Assembly: GCA_000432595.1 (NCBI GenBank)
Contig: HF996867.1
Location: forward strand, 1,551 to 65,550
DNA: 64,000 nt
Direction: 5' to 3'
Source of the DNA: Clostridium sp. CAG:710
GTDB lineage: Bacteria > Bacillota_I > Bacilli_A > RF39 > UBA660
In this document: one piece after another, positions 1-9,978 of the stretch
Layout: every line of letters starts with the position of its first letter
Numbering within the stretch: position 1 is the stretch's first letter
Made by a program: the position numbers and the translations under genes
Notes under the pieces: model-generated
The model's input: only the letters and a program-made list of their open reading frames with translations
Told to the model about the DNA's origin: nothing
Databases searched by the model: none

Positions 1-23
1 AAGTAAAAGATTACACTGATAGA

Positions 24-218
24 ATGACAGATAAATATTATGAAATAACTGAAAAAATATGTACTGAAATGGGTACTACTGCTTGTAATCAGGCAAAAAA
101 AGATGTAGAAAAAATGAAAGTAAACTTTAATTTAACACTTGATCTTGCTAAAATTCTTGGTAAATCAGCTGTTGAAAGTTTAAAAGAGTGGTATGAAATC
201 TTTAAAAGCACTAATTAG
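24..218 (+). CDS. small hypothetical protein (64 aa)
   Basis: ORF followed by rho-independent terminator hairpin (aagcactaattagtgctt + T-run); no recognisable motif. Confidence 0.3.
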   Translation: MTDKYYEITEKICTEMGTTACNQAKKDVEKMKVNFNLTLDLAKILGKSAVESLKEWYEIFKSTN

Positions 219-229
219 TGCTTTTTTTC
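206..229 (+). terminator. rho-independent terminator
   Basis: hairpin aagcac-taatta-gtgctt followed by TTTTTTT. Confidence 0.6.
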
Positions 230-282
230 TTGATGAAAAAATGTTTATATAGTAAAATTTATATTAGTTTTGAGGTGAAAAA

Positions 283-1875
283 ATGATTCAATTAAATAAT
301 GTAACATTAAAATTTGGTAAAAGAACACTTTTTGAAGATGTTAATATAAAATTTACGCCAGGTAATTGCTATGGACTAATAGGGGCAAATGGTGCAGGTA
401 AATCTACTTTCTTAAAACTATTATCAGGAGAGCTAGAAACAACACATGGTGATATAGTAATCACAAAAGGAGAAAGAATCGCAGTTTTAAAACAAGATCA
501 TTATAAATATGATAATGAAAGAGTAATAGATACAGTTATTATGGGAAATACAAAACTTTATCAAATAATGAAAGAAAAAGAAGAATTGTATTCTCATACA
601 GAATTTACTGATGAAGATGGTATAAGATTAGGTAACCTAGAAGCCGAGTTTGCTGAACTTAATGGATGGGAAGCAGAAAGTGAAGCAAGTGAATTATTAA
701 ATAATCTAGGGGTAGAACTAGACATTCATTATTCACTTATGAAAGATATTCCAAATAATAAAAAAGTAAAAGTATTATTAGCTCAAGCACTATTTGGTAA
801 TCCAGATATCTTATTATTAGATGAACCAACTAACAACTTAGATATAGATGCAATTGAATGGTTAGAAGAATTCTTAATTAACTTTAATAACACAGTAATA
901 GTAGTCTCACATGATAGGCATTTCTTAAACAAAGTGTGTACACATATTGCTGATATTGATTATAACAAGATTAAGCTTTATATAGGAAATTATGATTTCT
1001 GGTATGAATCAAGTCAATTAGCGCTAAAGCAAATGAAAGAAGCCAATAAGAAAAAAGAAGAAAAAATAAAGGAATTACAATCTTTTATCGCAAGATTCTC
1101 TGCAAACGCTTCAAAATCTAAACAAGCAACATCAAGAAAAAAGATGCTAGAAAAAATAGAATTAGATGAAATAGTGCCATCATCAAGAAAATATCCATAT
1201 ATTGACTTTAAAATAGAAAAACCAGCAGGAAAAGAAATACTATCAGTAAATAAATTATGTAAAACAATAGATGGAAAAAGAATACTTAACAAAATTAGCT
1301 TTACAGTCTTAAAAGGAGACAAAATAGCATTTGTCGGTAGTGATAACATCGCAAAAACGACTCTTTTTAAAATACTTATGAGAGAAATGAAAGCAGATAG
1401 CGGAGAAATAACATTTGGTAAAACTATAGTAAAATCATATTATCCACAAGACAACACAGAATACTTTAAAGAAGATGAAACCATCATGAAATGGATTGGT
1501 CACTATTATAATATAGATGATGAAACAGTACTAAGAGGATTCCTAGGTAGAATGTTATTCTCAGGAGACGATGTTTTTAAAAGAGTACCAGTATTATCAG
1601 GTGGAGAAAAAGCAAGATGCATGTTATCAAAATGTATGCTTGAAGCGCCTAACTTTCTTATACTAGATGAACCAACAAACCACCTAGATCTAGAAAGTAT
1701 CACGGCACTTAATAATGGACTTATGAGATTTGAAGGCGAAATATTATTTGCTTCACATGACCATCAATTTATTCAAACAGTTGCCAATAGAATTATTGAA
1801 ATAAAAAGCGATGGAACAATAATAGATAGAAGAATGACTTATGACCAATATCTAGAAGAAAAGAAAGGTAAATAA
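283..1875 (+). CDS. ABC-F family ATPase (two tandem ABC domains, no TM domain)
   Basis: Walker A GANGAGKST, signature/Walker B LLLDEPTNNLD in domain 1; second domain with SGGEKARCML..LILDEPTNHLD; charged linker between domains; 530 aa; RBS gaggtg upstream. Confidence 0.85.
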   Translation: MIQLNNVTLKFGKRTLFEDVNIKFTPGNCYGLIGANGAGKSTFLKLLSGELETTHGDIVITKGERIAVLKQDHYKYDNERVIDTVIMGNTKLYQIMKEKEELYSHTEFTDEDGIRLGNLEAEFAELNGWEAESEASELLNNLGVELDIHYSLMKDIPNNKKVKVLLAQALFGNPDILLLDEPTNNLDIDAIEWLEEFLINFNNTVIVVSHDRHFLNKVCTHIADIDYNKIKLYIGNYDFWYESSQLALKQMKEANKKKEEKIKELQSFIARFSANASKSKQATSRKKMLEKIELDEIVPSSRKYPYIDFKIEKPAGKEILSVNKLCKTIDGKRILNKISFTVLKGDKIAFVGSDNIAKTTLFKILMREMKADSGEITFGKTIVKSYYPQDNTEYFKEDETIMKWIGHYYNIDDETVLRGFLGRMLFSGDDVFKRVPVLSGGEKARCMLSKCMLEAPNFLILDEPTNHLDLESITALNNGLMRFEGEILFASHDHQFIQTVANRIIEIKSDGTIIDRRMTYDQYLEEKKGK

Positions 1876-1906
1876 TGTTTGCCTTTTTTTCATATATTGA
1901 AAATGG

Positions 1907-2179
1907 GTGATAAGTATTTTTAATGAAGAAGATATAAATAATATTATAAAGAAATTAAATATAAAATTTGATAAATTTACAAAAGATGACTTTATAACAG
2001 GTATAAATATAGAGTTAGAACATGGAACAATTAACAAAGTAACTAATGTAACAGATAATGATCTAGAAAAAACCTCAAAAATAGCACTTGCACATTTAAA
2101 TGAATTTCCTAATTATTATAATAAAGAATATGGACTACCAATGTTTGAAAAATACCTCCAATATAGATTAAATAATTAA
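1907..2179 (+). CDS. small hypothetical protein with ELEHG motif
   Basis: ORF only (GTG start); weak RBS. Confidence 0.3.
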   Translation: MISIFNEEDINNIIKKLNIKFDKFTKDDFITGINIELEHGTINKVTNVTDNDLEKTSKIALAHLNEFPNYYNKEYGLPMFEKYLQYRLNN

Positions 2180-2221
2180 TTGATAATGAAAACCTACATA
2201 TAATAAAGTGGAGGTATAGCA

Positions 2222-2506
2222 ATGAATGACATTACTGTATTACAGTTAAAAAGTTTAATTCCTGGTGTAAAAATAATAGATATTAGAGATAATTATCAAT
2301 ATAATTTAGGCAATATTCCAACCTCAAAAAATGTACCAGTTAACTTTTTACTGACTAATCCAAACCTATATTTAAATATGCAGGATAGATATTATATTTA
2401 TTGTGAATATGGTAGTACAAGTAGTAGTGCTTGTGAAAAATTAAGAAGAAAAGGATATAATGTAGTTAATATCATTGGGGGATATAACGAATATAAGAGG
2501 TTGTAA
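2222..2506 (+). CDS. single-domain rhodanese-like sulfurtransferase
   Basis: 94 aa, rhodanese fold pattern ..IIDIRD...YCEYGSTSS..ACEKLRRKGYNVVNIIGGY; strong RBS ggagg. Confidence 0.65.
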   Translation: MNDITVLQLKSLIPGVKIIDIRDNYQYNLGNIPTSKNVPVNFLLTNPNLYLNMQDRYYIYCEYGSTSSSACEKLRRKGYNVVNIIGGYNEYKRL

Positions 2507-2512
2507 AACCTC

Positions 2513-3028
2513 TTATTTTATGTATCCATTTTGTACATATTTAGTTTCAGTTACAATAAAGAAGGAGTTTTTATCAACTGAGTAAGCAAGAGCCCTTAAG
2601 TGTTTAAGACTCTTGTTTTTAATTTCTACAAACAACATATATTTATCTTCTTCATTCATTCCATTAACATTAACAACTGATACTCCATATCCATTCTCTC
2701 TTATAACATTAACCAACTTATATTTAGTAGTAATTATTTGTATACTTAAAATAGATTCAATAAAGTGTTTAGATAATATAGAACCAATATATGTTCCAGT
2801 AGAAAATCCAAGTGAATAAGATATCGCAATCCATATACTACTTTCATTAGTACTTAATGCTTCTCTTACTACTAAAAACCAAACAAACACTTCAATAAAT
2901 CCAATTATACTAGCATAAATTGCCTTTCCCTTAACTGTAATTATAGTTCTAAAAGTACCTAAAGATACATCTATTATTCTAACAAAAAAGATTTTAACGC
3001 ATAATAAAAACAAAGCTAAATTCATAGA
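2513..3028 (-). CDS. UPF0316/DUF2179-type small membrane protein
   Basis: 3 predicted TM helices followed by C-terminal GYGVSVVNVNGMNEEDKYMLFVEIKNK...FIVTE (DUF2179-like); ORF-track N-terminal extension to 3118 looks non-coding so internal Met chosen. Confidence 0.5.
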   Translation of the reverse strand, partial: SMNLALFLLCVKIFFVRIIDVSLGTFRTIITVKGKAIYASIIGFIEVFVWFLVVREALSTNESSIWIAISYSLGFSTGTYIGSILSKHFIESILSIQIITTKYKLVNVIRENGYGVSVVNVNGMNEEDKYMLFVEIKNKSLKHLRALAYSVDKNSFFIVTETKYVQNGYIK

Positions 3029-3112
3029 ATCACCATTAATATTATTCCTAATTATTAAGTTATTATGTTTAAAATAATAGTAAAGTGTATTATAATAATT
3101 AATGGTGATAAT

Positions 3113-3688
3113 ATGCAAGAAATTATAAATTCATTTGTAAATAATATAGTAACCTATTTGCAGACATTTGGAATACCATTTGGCTGTTTTATAGTTATAT
3201 TAGAATCAATTATTCCAGCACTTCCATTAGGAGTATTTATTGCCTTTAATATGATGGCATTTGGCAATGTAGTAGGATTTTTAATATCTTGGTTATCAAC
3301 GAGTTTAGGATGTACACTTTCTTACTTTTTCTTTAAAAACTTTGTTGGTAAGAAGATGGAAAAAGTAATAAAAAAATATCCAAAAGTAGAAAAGCCATTA
3401 AAAGCAGTAAAGAAAATAAGTTTTAGTAATTTAGTACTTATAATTGCACTTCCATTTTCACCAGCTTTTCTTATAAATATAGCGTGTGGTTTATCTAAAA
3501 CAGATTTTAAAAAATTTATAACAGCAATATTAATAGGTAAATTATCTATTATATATTTTTGGGGATTTGTATCAAAAAGTTTGTTAGAAAGCATCACTGA
3601 TATAAAAACACTAGTAATAATTGGAATACTATTAATTGCTAGTTATACATTATCTAAAATAGTAAATAAAAAATTAAAATTTGAATAG
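3113..3688 (+). CDS. TVP38/TMEM64 (DedA/SNARE-associated) family membrane protein
   Basis: multi-TM, motif region FGIPFGCFIVILESIIPALPLGVF and GNVVGFLISWLSTSLGC; RBS ggtga before ATG 3113. Confidence 0.6.
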   Translation: MQEIINSFVNNIVTYLQTFGIPFGCFIVILESIIPALPLGVFIAFNMMAFGNVVGFLISWLSTSLGCTLSYFFFKNFVGKKMEKVIKKYPKVEKPLKAVKKISFSNLVLIIALPFSPAFLINIACGLSKTDFKKFITAILIGKLSIIYFWGFVSKSLLESITDIKTLVIIGILLIASYTLSKIVNKKLKFE

Positions 3689-3749
3689 CTTTACTTAATT
3701 TACATCTAAAATTATAAATGATATAATATAGTAAACTATGGAGGTAAAT

Positions 3750-4847
3750 ATGGAATACATAATAATTGGACTACTAGTACTATTAATCGTTTTAGTAATT
3801 GTATTAATTTCTAAAAATAATGTCAAAAGCAGTAATGAAGCTAACATGACAGAGCGTCTTGGTAGATTTGAGGTAAATATTAATAAAGAGATAAATGATT
3901 TTAAAAATGAACTAAATAGGGGATTAAATGAAGATTTTGATAAGTTAAATAATAAAATAGAGGCTAGACTTAACTTAATAAATGATAAAGTAAATGAAAG
4001 ACTAGATCAGAATTTTGAAAAAACAAATAAAACATTTACTAATGTATTAGAAAGACTAAGCAAAATAGATGAGGCGCAAAAAAAGATAGATGGATTATCC
4101 AATGATATAGTATCTCTTCAAAGTATACTTACTGATAAAAAAAGTAGAGGTATCTTTGGTGAAGTAAATTTAAAACATATATTAGTAAGTGTCTTTGGAG
4201 AAAAGAATGACAAAATATATTCTCTTCAATATACACTTCCAAATGGTACAATCGCAGATTCAGTTTTATTCGCACCAGCTCCATTAGGAACAATCGCAAT
4301 AGACTCCAAATTTCCATTAGAAAGTTATAGAATGATGGTTGATAAAAAACTTCCACAAGAAATAAGAGAACGTTATGAAAAACAGTTTAAATCAGATGTA
4401 AAAAAACATATAGATGCAATTAGTAGTAAATATATAATTGAAGGAGTAACATCTGATCAAGCAATAATGTTTTTACCCGCTGAGGCAATATTTGCTGAGA
4501 TAAATGCATACCATCAAGATATAATTGAGTATGCCTATAGAAAGAAAGTATGGATTACTTCTCCAACAACATTAATTTCAACATTAACGGTTATTCAAAT
4601 GATTATTAAAAATATAGAAAGAGATAAATATACATCAGTAATTCATGAAGAATTAAATAAATTAGGAGTAGAATTCTCAAGATATAAAGAACGTTGGGAT
4701 AAACTAGCTAAAAGCATTCAAACGGTTAATAAAGATGTAGAAAGTGTATATATAACAACAGAAAAAATATCTAAGAAATTTGACGTAATAAGTGGAGTAG
4801 AAATAGATAAAATTAATAATGAAGATTATGATAAATTAAATGTATAA
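3750..4847 (+). CDS. rmuC: DNA recombination protein RmuC
   Basis: N-terminal TM, long coiled-coil, C-terminal RmuC-like nuclease-fold region; ggagg RBS directly before ATG 3750. Confidence 0.65.
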   Translation: MEYIIIGLLVLLIVLVIVLISKNNVKSSNEANMTERLGRFEVNINKEINDFKNELNRGLNEDFDKLNNKIEARLNLINDKVNERLDQNFEKTNKTFTNVLERLSKIDEAQKKIDGLSNDIVSLQSILTDKKSRGIFGEVNLKHILVSVFGEKNDKIYSLQYTLPNGTIADSVLFAPAPLGTIAIDSKFPLESYRMMVDKKLPQEIRERYEKQFKSDVKKHIDAISSKYIIEGVTSDQAIMFLPAEAIFAEINAYHQDIIEYAYRKKVWITSPTTLISTLTVIQMIIKNIERDKYTSVIHEELNKLGVEFSRYKERWDKLAKSIQTVNKDVESVYITTEKISKKFDVISGVEIDKINNEDYDKLNV

Positions 4848-4952
4848 ACTAAGAGAATCAAAAGAATTGATTTTCTTTTTCTTTTGAATAAAAAATAGAT
4901 ATAAATACATAATATTATTGTAAGAAAAACATAAAATCTAATAGGTGAAATT

Positions 4953-5174
4953 ATGATAAGGACACTTCTTTTTTTACTGGGTTTTGGTCTAACAGTAATT
5001 GGATTCATGTATATAATCTTATATTTAAATTTACTTACTATGGGATATTCAGTAGTTGATTATATTATGTTTGTTTTAAAAAGAAGAGAGTGTATCTATG
5101 CCATAATTGGACTTATTATAATAACTATTACTATTTTTTGTAAGGGAGAAAACGATAATGTTATATATATATGA
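4953..5174 (+). CDS. small integral membrane protein
   Basis: 73 aa, two hydrophobic helices. Confidence 0.3.
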   Translation: MIRTLLFLLGFGLTVIGFMYIILYLNLLTMGYSVVDYIMFVLKRRECIYAIIGLIIITITIFCKGENDNVIYI

Positions 5175-5805
5175 TATTTTACTAAATTGGTGTAGAGATA
5201 AATTATATGATTTCTTTGAATGGGAAAAAACCGACAAGCTAGAACACGTTAAAAAGATACCACTAATTAGGGTAGAACGAGGACTAATTAATAAATTGTC
5301 AACAGAAACAATAAAATTAGACGAATCATTTCCTTCAAAGATTTATAACTTAACAGAAATATATAATTCAAAAAATGTAACAAAAGTACCATACGCAATT
5401 TTATTAACTGATGGTTTATCTGCACTAGCAATTAAACTTGACAAATCAGGAAACATAAAATTTAGAAGCAAACTATTAATAGATGAAGAAGAGGAAATAT
5501 TATGCTTTTGTAATAGACTAGATAAATATAAATTAAAGTATACTGAAAGGCCAGGAAATACTATAGAAGACTTCACAACAAGAAATGAGAAAAAAATAAG
5601 AACCTTTTTACTTAATGATATAGAAACAACATATAAAAAGAAAGATTATGAAAAACTAAAATATTTATATAATGAATATTGTGGTATTACAACAAATAAT
5701 ATGGAATTAATCTATAATAACTTAATAGAAAGTATCCATTATGAAATAAATAGTGGACACATAAAAATTTACAATTTGCTTCAACTAATAGGAAATAAGA
5801 ACTAG
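5158..5805 (+). CDS. hypothetical protein
   Basis: 215 aa ORF, no recognisable motif. Confidence 0.35.
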   Translation: MLYIYDILLNWCRDKLYDFFEWEKTDKLEHVKKIPLIRVERGLINKLSTETIKLDESFPSKIYNLTEIYNSKNVTKVPYAILLTDGLSALAIKLDKSGNIKFRSKLLIDEEEEILCFCNRLDKYKLKYTERPGNTIEDFTTRNEKKIRTFLLNDIETTYKKKDYEKLKYLYNEYCGITTNNMELIYNNLIESIHYEINSGHIKIYNLLQLIGNKN

Positions 5806-5864
5806 TTTGTATTGGCACTAGTTTTTATTTATGATATAATTAAGAAGAATAGAGGGTGTAGCAA

Positions 5865-7502
5865 ATGAAAGATAAAAAAGGATTTACATTAACTGAATTA
5901 TTAGCAGTAATTGTTTTAATAGGTGTAATACTAGCAATAGCAGTGCCATCATATCAAAGTTATGTTACTAGGACTAGAAAAGAAGTACTAAAGTCATATC
6001 AAGCAAATATAATTGATGCCGCAAATCAGTATGCAGCAGAATGCTTCCAAGAGAACAAATTAGGAGAATGCAAGAGAAATGAAAATATATGGGATGACAT
6101 TAAAAAAAATTTAAAGAATAGTAATGACATATTAAAAGAATATAATGTTACAGTTAAAATAGATAATGGACCTTCTAACGTAAGTGATCTTTATAGTATA
6201 ACTTTAGAAATGACAAAAAAGGGTTCAACTAAACCAATCACTATAAAGACGTCTAATACTAATACAAGTGGTTCTACGGGAACCCAAACTGATTCAAGTA
6301 TTAATATAAATGGGAATGCTTTAAATACCGAAAAGAATACTATTGAAGGAATATTTCCTACAAACACAACATTAAATATAACCGGTAGCGTACAAAAAGT
6401 AATGTTAAAAGACAAAGAAACCACTTGCACATCCGAAGATAGCTTATTTAATTATACAACAACATGTAATTTGAAGTTAGAAAATGGAGAAAACAAAATT
6501 AAAATCACATATAAAGATGGAAACGCAAAAGAAATAACCATAAATGCAGACACAATTAGTCCGAAAATAGAACCAAGCAATATTAATACATCACCAACCA
6601 ATAAAGTAGAATTTACAGTTACAATAACCGATGAAAATTTGAAGGAAGTAACAAAATTTCCTAAAGAATGTAAAATAGTAGAGGACAAAGAAAAGATTAA
6701 AAGATATACCTGTACTATAACCGAAAATGGTAGATATAGTTTTAGTGCAACTGACAAAGTTGATAATATCGAAACAAAAGATATTACAATATCAAACATT
6801 ACAAGTGAAAAGCCATCTGTAATCTTAAATATAGATAGTGAAGCAGTATCAAAATCAAAAATCATAGAAATAGAATACATATCAGGATCAAATGGCAATG
6901 AGATAGGATTTAATACTGATCAAAAACTTAAGTGGAGCTTAATTAATACATCAAATAATCAAGAAGAAAGAACAGGTGAATTTACTAATCTAAGTAACAA
7001 AGGAAGTCAAAATGTTAAAATAGAGGGTCTTACTGGAACATACAGTTTCATTGTTAAAGGTTTAACAAACAAAGCCGGTAATAAAAATGATGATGAAAAA
7101 CTTACAATTCATTTGGATAATACACCACCTTCAGCAGCTGTGGTTTCAAAGCCAAGTAAAGATGAAGAAAAAACAAAATCTGTAGAGTGTGGAGGCCTTG
7201 ATAATAATGGAAATAGAGAATGCAAAGTGGTATTTTATGGTGGATTTCTTGGCGCAGAAGTAAAAGCTAAACTGAATTTTACTGTAGAAGACATTGGAAG
7301 TAGTGAAGTAGGAAAAGTATATTATAGAACTACAACAACAGGAAACTTTACAGAAACAACAGTAAATGCAATAAATGATTTACATCACAAAGACTTTAAC
7401 AAAGGACAGCTAAACCTATATATAGAAGTGGTTTTTGCAGATGCACTAGGAAACATTGACTACACTAAAAACATAACAAAAATTACATTTGTTAAGAATT
7501 AA
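5865..7502 (+). CDS. large type IV pilin-like protein with prepilin (class III) N-terminal signal
   Basis: N-terminus MKDKKGFTLTELLAVIVLIGVILAIAVPSY = G|FTLxE cleavage/methylation motif followed by hydrophobic helix; 545 aa with T/S/N-rich beta-rich body; TGn -10 tgatataat upstream. Confidence 0.6.
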   Translation: MKDKKGFTLTELLAVIVLIGVILAIAVPSYQSYVTRTRKEVLKSYQANIIDAANQYAAECFQENKLGECKRNENIWDDIKKNLKNSNDILKEYNVTVKIDNGPSNVSDLYSITLEMTKKGSTKPITIKTSNTNTSGSTGTQTDSSININGNALNTEKNTIEGIFPTNTTLNITGSVQKVMLKDKETTCTSEDSLFNYTTTCNLKLENGENKIKITYKDGNAKEITINADTISPKIEPSNINTSPTNKVEFTVTITDENLKEVTKFPKECKIVEDKEKIKRYTCTITENGRYSFSATDKVDNIETKDITISNITSEKPSVILNIDSEAVSKSKIIEIEYISGSNGNEIGFNTDQKLKWSLINTSNNQEERTGEFTNLSNKGSQNVKIEGLTGTYSFIVKGLTNKAGNKNDDEKLTIHLDNTPPSAAVVSKPSKDEEKTKSVECGGLDNNGNRECKVVFYGGFLGAEVKAKLNFTVEDIGSSEVGKVYYRTTTTGNFTETTVNAINDLHHKDFNKGQLNLYIEVVFADALGNIDYTKNITKITFVKN

Positions 7503-7517
7503 AAGGTGAGTGATAAA

Positions 7518-7829
7518 ATGAATAATAAAAAGAAGATATATATTGCACTTGCAGTATTAGCAATTATCATATTGGGGATAGGAATAATACTTAATTTTAC
7601 ATCTAATAATGAAAAGCAACCAGCTAAAAGTAATTCCACCGCTAAATATAGCTCAAATGATGCGATAGTAGAATTAAATAAACTATATAACTTAAAAGGC
7701 TATTCATTAAATCTTGTCACAGAAACAAAAGAAGAATATGTATTTCAAGTAGTAGTGCAAAATAAAACAACCATTTATAAATTTAATAAAAATACTGGTG
7801 AGGTTAAGACCTCAACAAAGTTTGAATAG
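7518..7829 (+). CDS. small membrane-anchored protein
   Basis: N-terminal TM then soluble domain; RBS aaggtg. Confidence 0.35.
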   Translation: MNNKKKIYIALAVLAIIILGIGIILNFTSNNEKQPAKSNSTAKYSSNDAIVELNKLYNLKGYSLNLVTETKEEYVFQVVVQNKTTIYKFNKNTGEVKTSTKFE

Positions 7830-7848
7830 TGTAAACTTTACTATTAAA

Positions 7849-7880
7849 GGCTGTAAATGTATTTACAGTCTTTTTCTTTT
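7849..7880 (+). terminator. rho-independent terminator
   Basis: hairpin ggctgtaaatgtatttacagtc + T-run. Confidence 0.6.
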
Positions 7881-7908
7881 AATATATACTATTAAATAGA
7901 GGAAGATT

Positions 7909-8652
7909 ATGAGAAAAAATAATAAAGTTATATATATATTAGATTTTTTAGTAGTAATTGCAATAGTAATAAGCATTATTTCTGCAAATTATATAAAAAC
8001 ACCAAGTAAAAGTGTTGTTGCTAAAAGTGAATCCCTTACAACATATTTAACCACAAATTACTTTGCAAAAGAAGAAGAGACTGATAATTCTAGCGAAGAA
8101 AAAGAGTCAGTTGAAGAAAAAGAAGAGAATATTAAAGAAGAACCAGTTGAAGAGGTTAAAACTAAGGAAAAAGTAGAAGAAAAAAAACAGATAAAAGAAC
8201 CAGTAAAAACTGAAGAGTCAAAAAAGAAAGAAACAAAAAGTAATACAAAAGAAGAGGCAAAGCAAGAGAATAAACCATCTAATGAAGAAAAGGTTATAGA
8301 AAAGTTAACAGGCTCTCTTGCAGGATATGGTCCAGACTGTTATGGATGCACTTCATTTAGAACCGCATCAGGCAAATATATTGGTGATGGAAATATATAT
8401 TATGAAGATAAAGAATTTGGAAAAATAAGAATAGTTGCTGGTGATAAATCCTATCCATATGGAACAATCGTAAAATTATCTAATACTGGATATTATTCTA
8501 AGCCAATATATGCGGTAGTATTGGATAGAGGTGGAGGAGTAGGTAAAGGTAGAAAATTCTTATTTGATTTACTCTTTGAAACAGAAAAAGATGCTCTTAA
8601 AATGGGAAGTAGAAAAAACGTTACATTTGAAATATTAAGATTGGGATATTAA
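7909..8652 (+). CDS. 3D-domain cell-wall protein (YuiC/YocH-like) with E/K-rich linker
   Basis: N-terminal TM, low-complexity EEKEE linker, C-terminal 3D domain YGPDCYGCTSFRTASG...DRGGGVGKG. Confidence 0.7.
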   Translation: MRKNNKVIYILDFLVVIAIVISIISANYIKTPSKSVVAKSESLTTYLTTNYFAKEEETDNSSEEKESVEEKEENIKEEPVEEVKTKEKVEEKKQIKEPVKTEESKKKETKSNTKEEAKQENKPSNEEKVIEKLTGSLAGYGPDCYGCTSFRTASGKYIGDGNIYYEDKEFGKIRIVAGDKSYPYGTIVKLSNTGYYSKPIYAVVLDRGGGVGKGRKFLFDLLFETEKDALKMGSRKNVTFEILRLGY

Positions 8653-8707
8653 ATTTCAATCTTTTTTTAATCTTTATTTTATGTTAATATTAAAATAGGA
8701 GAAGTGT

Positions 8708-9970
8708 ATGAAAGATAGAACTATATTTAAAACAATTTTAGCAATAGCATTTTGTATAATTCTTTTAATAGGATTATATATTTTAACAAACTCATTTAAT
8801 AAGGAGTACACAAATGAAAACGAGAAAATAAAGCAAGAAAACATCATAAAAGAGATAAATTCTTCTTACAACAAATATGTTAAAACTAATAAAGAAGCAA
8901 AGCTTTATACATTAGATAATAATAAATATGAAGAAATTGGCACAATATCAGCTGATGTAGAATTAGAATTAAATGAAAAGAAAGATGATAATGAATACTT
9001 TTCTATAAAAGGAATGGATTATTATATAAACTATAAAAATGTACAAAAAATAAATAAAATTAGTGAGAGTAATAATACAAATTATAAAAAGTATATACCG
9101 TTTAATGAAAATATAATAACAAATTCACCAACAAAATTTTATAAAGACGGAAAAGTAAAATATACAATAAACAAAAGTATAGAGGCAAAAATAATTATAA
9201 AAGATATTGATAAGTATTATATTGAATACAATAATGAATTATTATATGTAACAAAGGATAATGTAAAAGAAATAAAAAAATCAAAAAACTCAAGCGACAT
9301 GCCAAGGACTAACATAAGAACACTTACATACCATACTATTTATAATACTAAAACCGAAACATGTACTAATACAGTTATATGTCATCCAATTGAACAATTT
9401 ATGGAGCATATGAAGTATTTAAGTGATAATAATTACTTAACTTTAACAATGAATGAACTAGAACTTTATTTGGATGGAAAGATACAAGTTCCTAAAAAGA
9501 CTATAGTAATAACATTAGATGATGGAAAATATGCAACTAATGCGATAAAAATTGTAGAAAAATATAAAGTATATGCAACTTATTTTATAATTACTGGAAG
9601 ATATGATGTACCACCTAAAAGTGAATATATGAAATATGAGTCTCATACTGACAATCTACATAACAACTATAAATGCAGTGGAGGTAATCAAGGAGGAGAA
9701 CTTCTTTGCGCTAGTGAAGAGAAAATTTTAAAGGATTTAAAAACTAGTCAAGAAAGACTGGGGGGGGGGTCATTTGCAATGGCATATCCATTCTTTGATT
9801 TTAATGAAAGAGCAATAAAATTATTACGACAAGCAGGATTTAGACTAGCATTTATAGGTCAATATGATACAAATGGATATTCAACACCAAAAACAGATAG
9901 GATGAAATTAAGAAGAAAAACTATTTTCTCTAGTGACCCATTATCTACATTTGTAAGTTATTTAAAGTAG
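8708..9970 (+). CDS. polysaccharide deacetylase (NodB homology) family protein, membrane-anchored
   Basis: N-terminal TM; NodB motifs TIVITLDDG and HT..H region; contains internal G10 homopolymer at 9764-9773. Confidence 0.7.
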   Translation: MKDRTIFKTILAIAFCIILLIGLYILTNSFNKEYTNENEKIKQENIIKEINSSYNKYVKTNKEAKLYTLDNNKYEEIGTISADVELELNEKKDDNEYFSIKGMDYYINYKNVQKINKISESNNTNYKKYIPFNENIITNSPTKFYKDGKVKYTINKSIEAKIIIKDIDKYYIEYNNELLYVTKDNVKEIKKSKNSSDMPRTNIRTLTYHTIYNTKTETCTNTVICHPIEQFMEHMKYLSDNNYLTLTMNELELYLDGKIQVPKKTIVITLDDGKYATNAIKIVEKYKVYATYFIITGRYDVPPKSEYMKYESHTDNLHNNYKCSGGNQGGELLCASEEKILKDLKTSQERLGGGSFAMAYPFFDFNERAIKLLRQAGFRLAFIGQYDTNGYSTPKTDRMKLRRKTIFSSDPLSTFVSYLK

Positions 9971-9978
9971 GAGAAAAA

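Noticed and set aside
2513-3118. Full 201-aa minus-strand ORF starting at a TTG codon at 3118
   Set aside because: The first 30 residues (MHIITINYYNTLYYYFKHNN...) are low-complexity and would overlap the start of the convergent TVP38 gene. The internal Met (MNLALFLL) was preferred.
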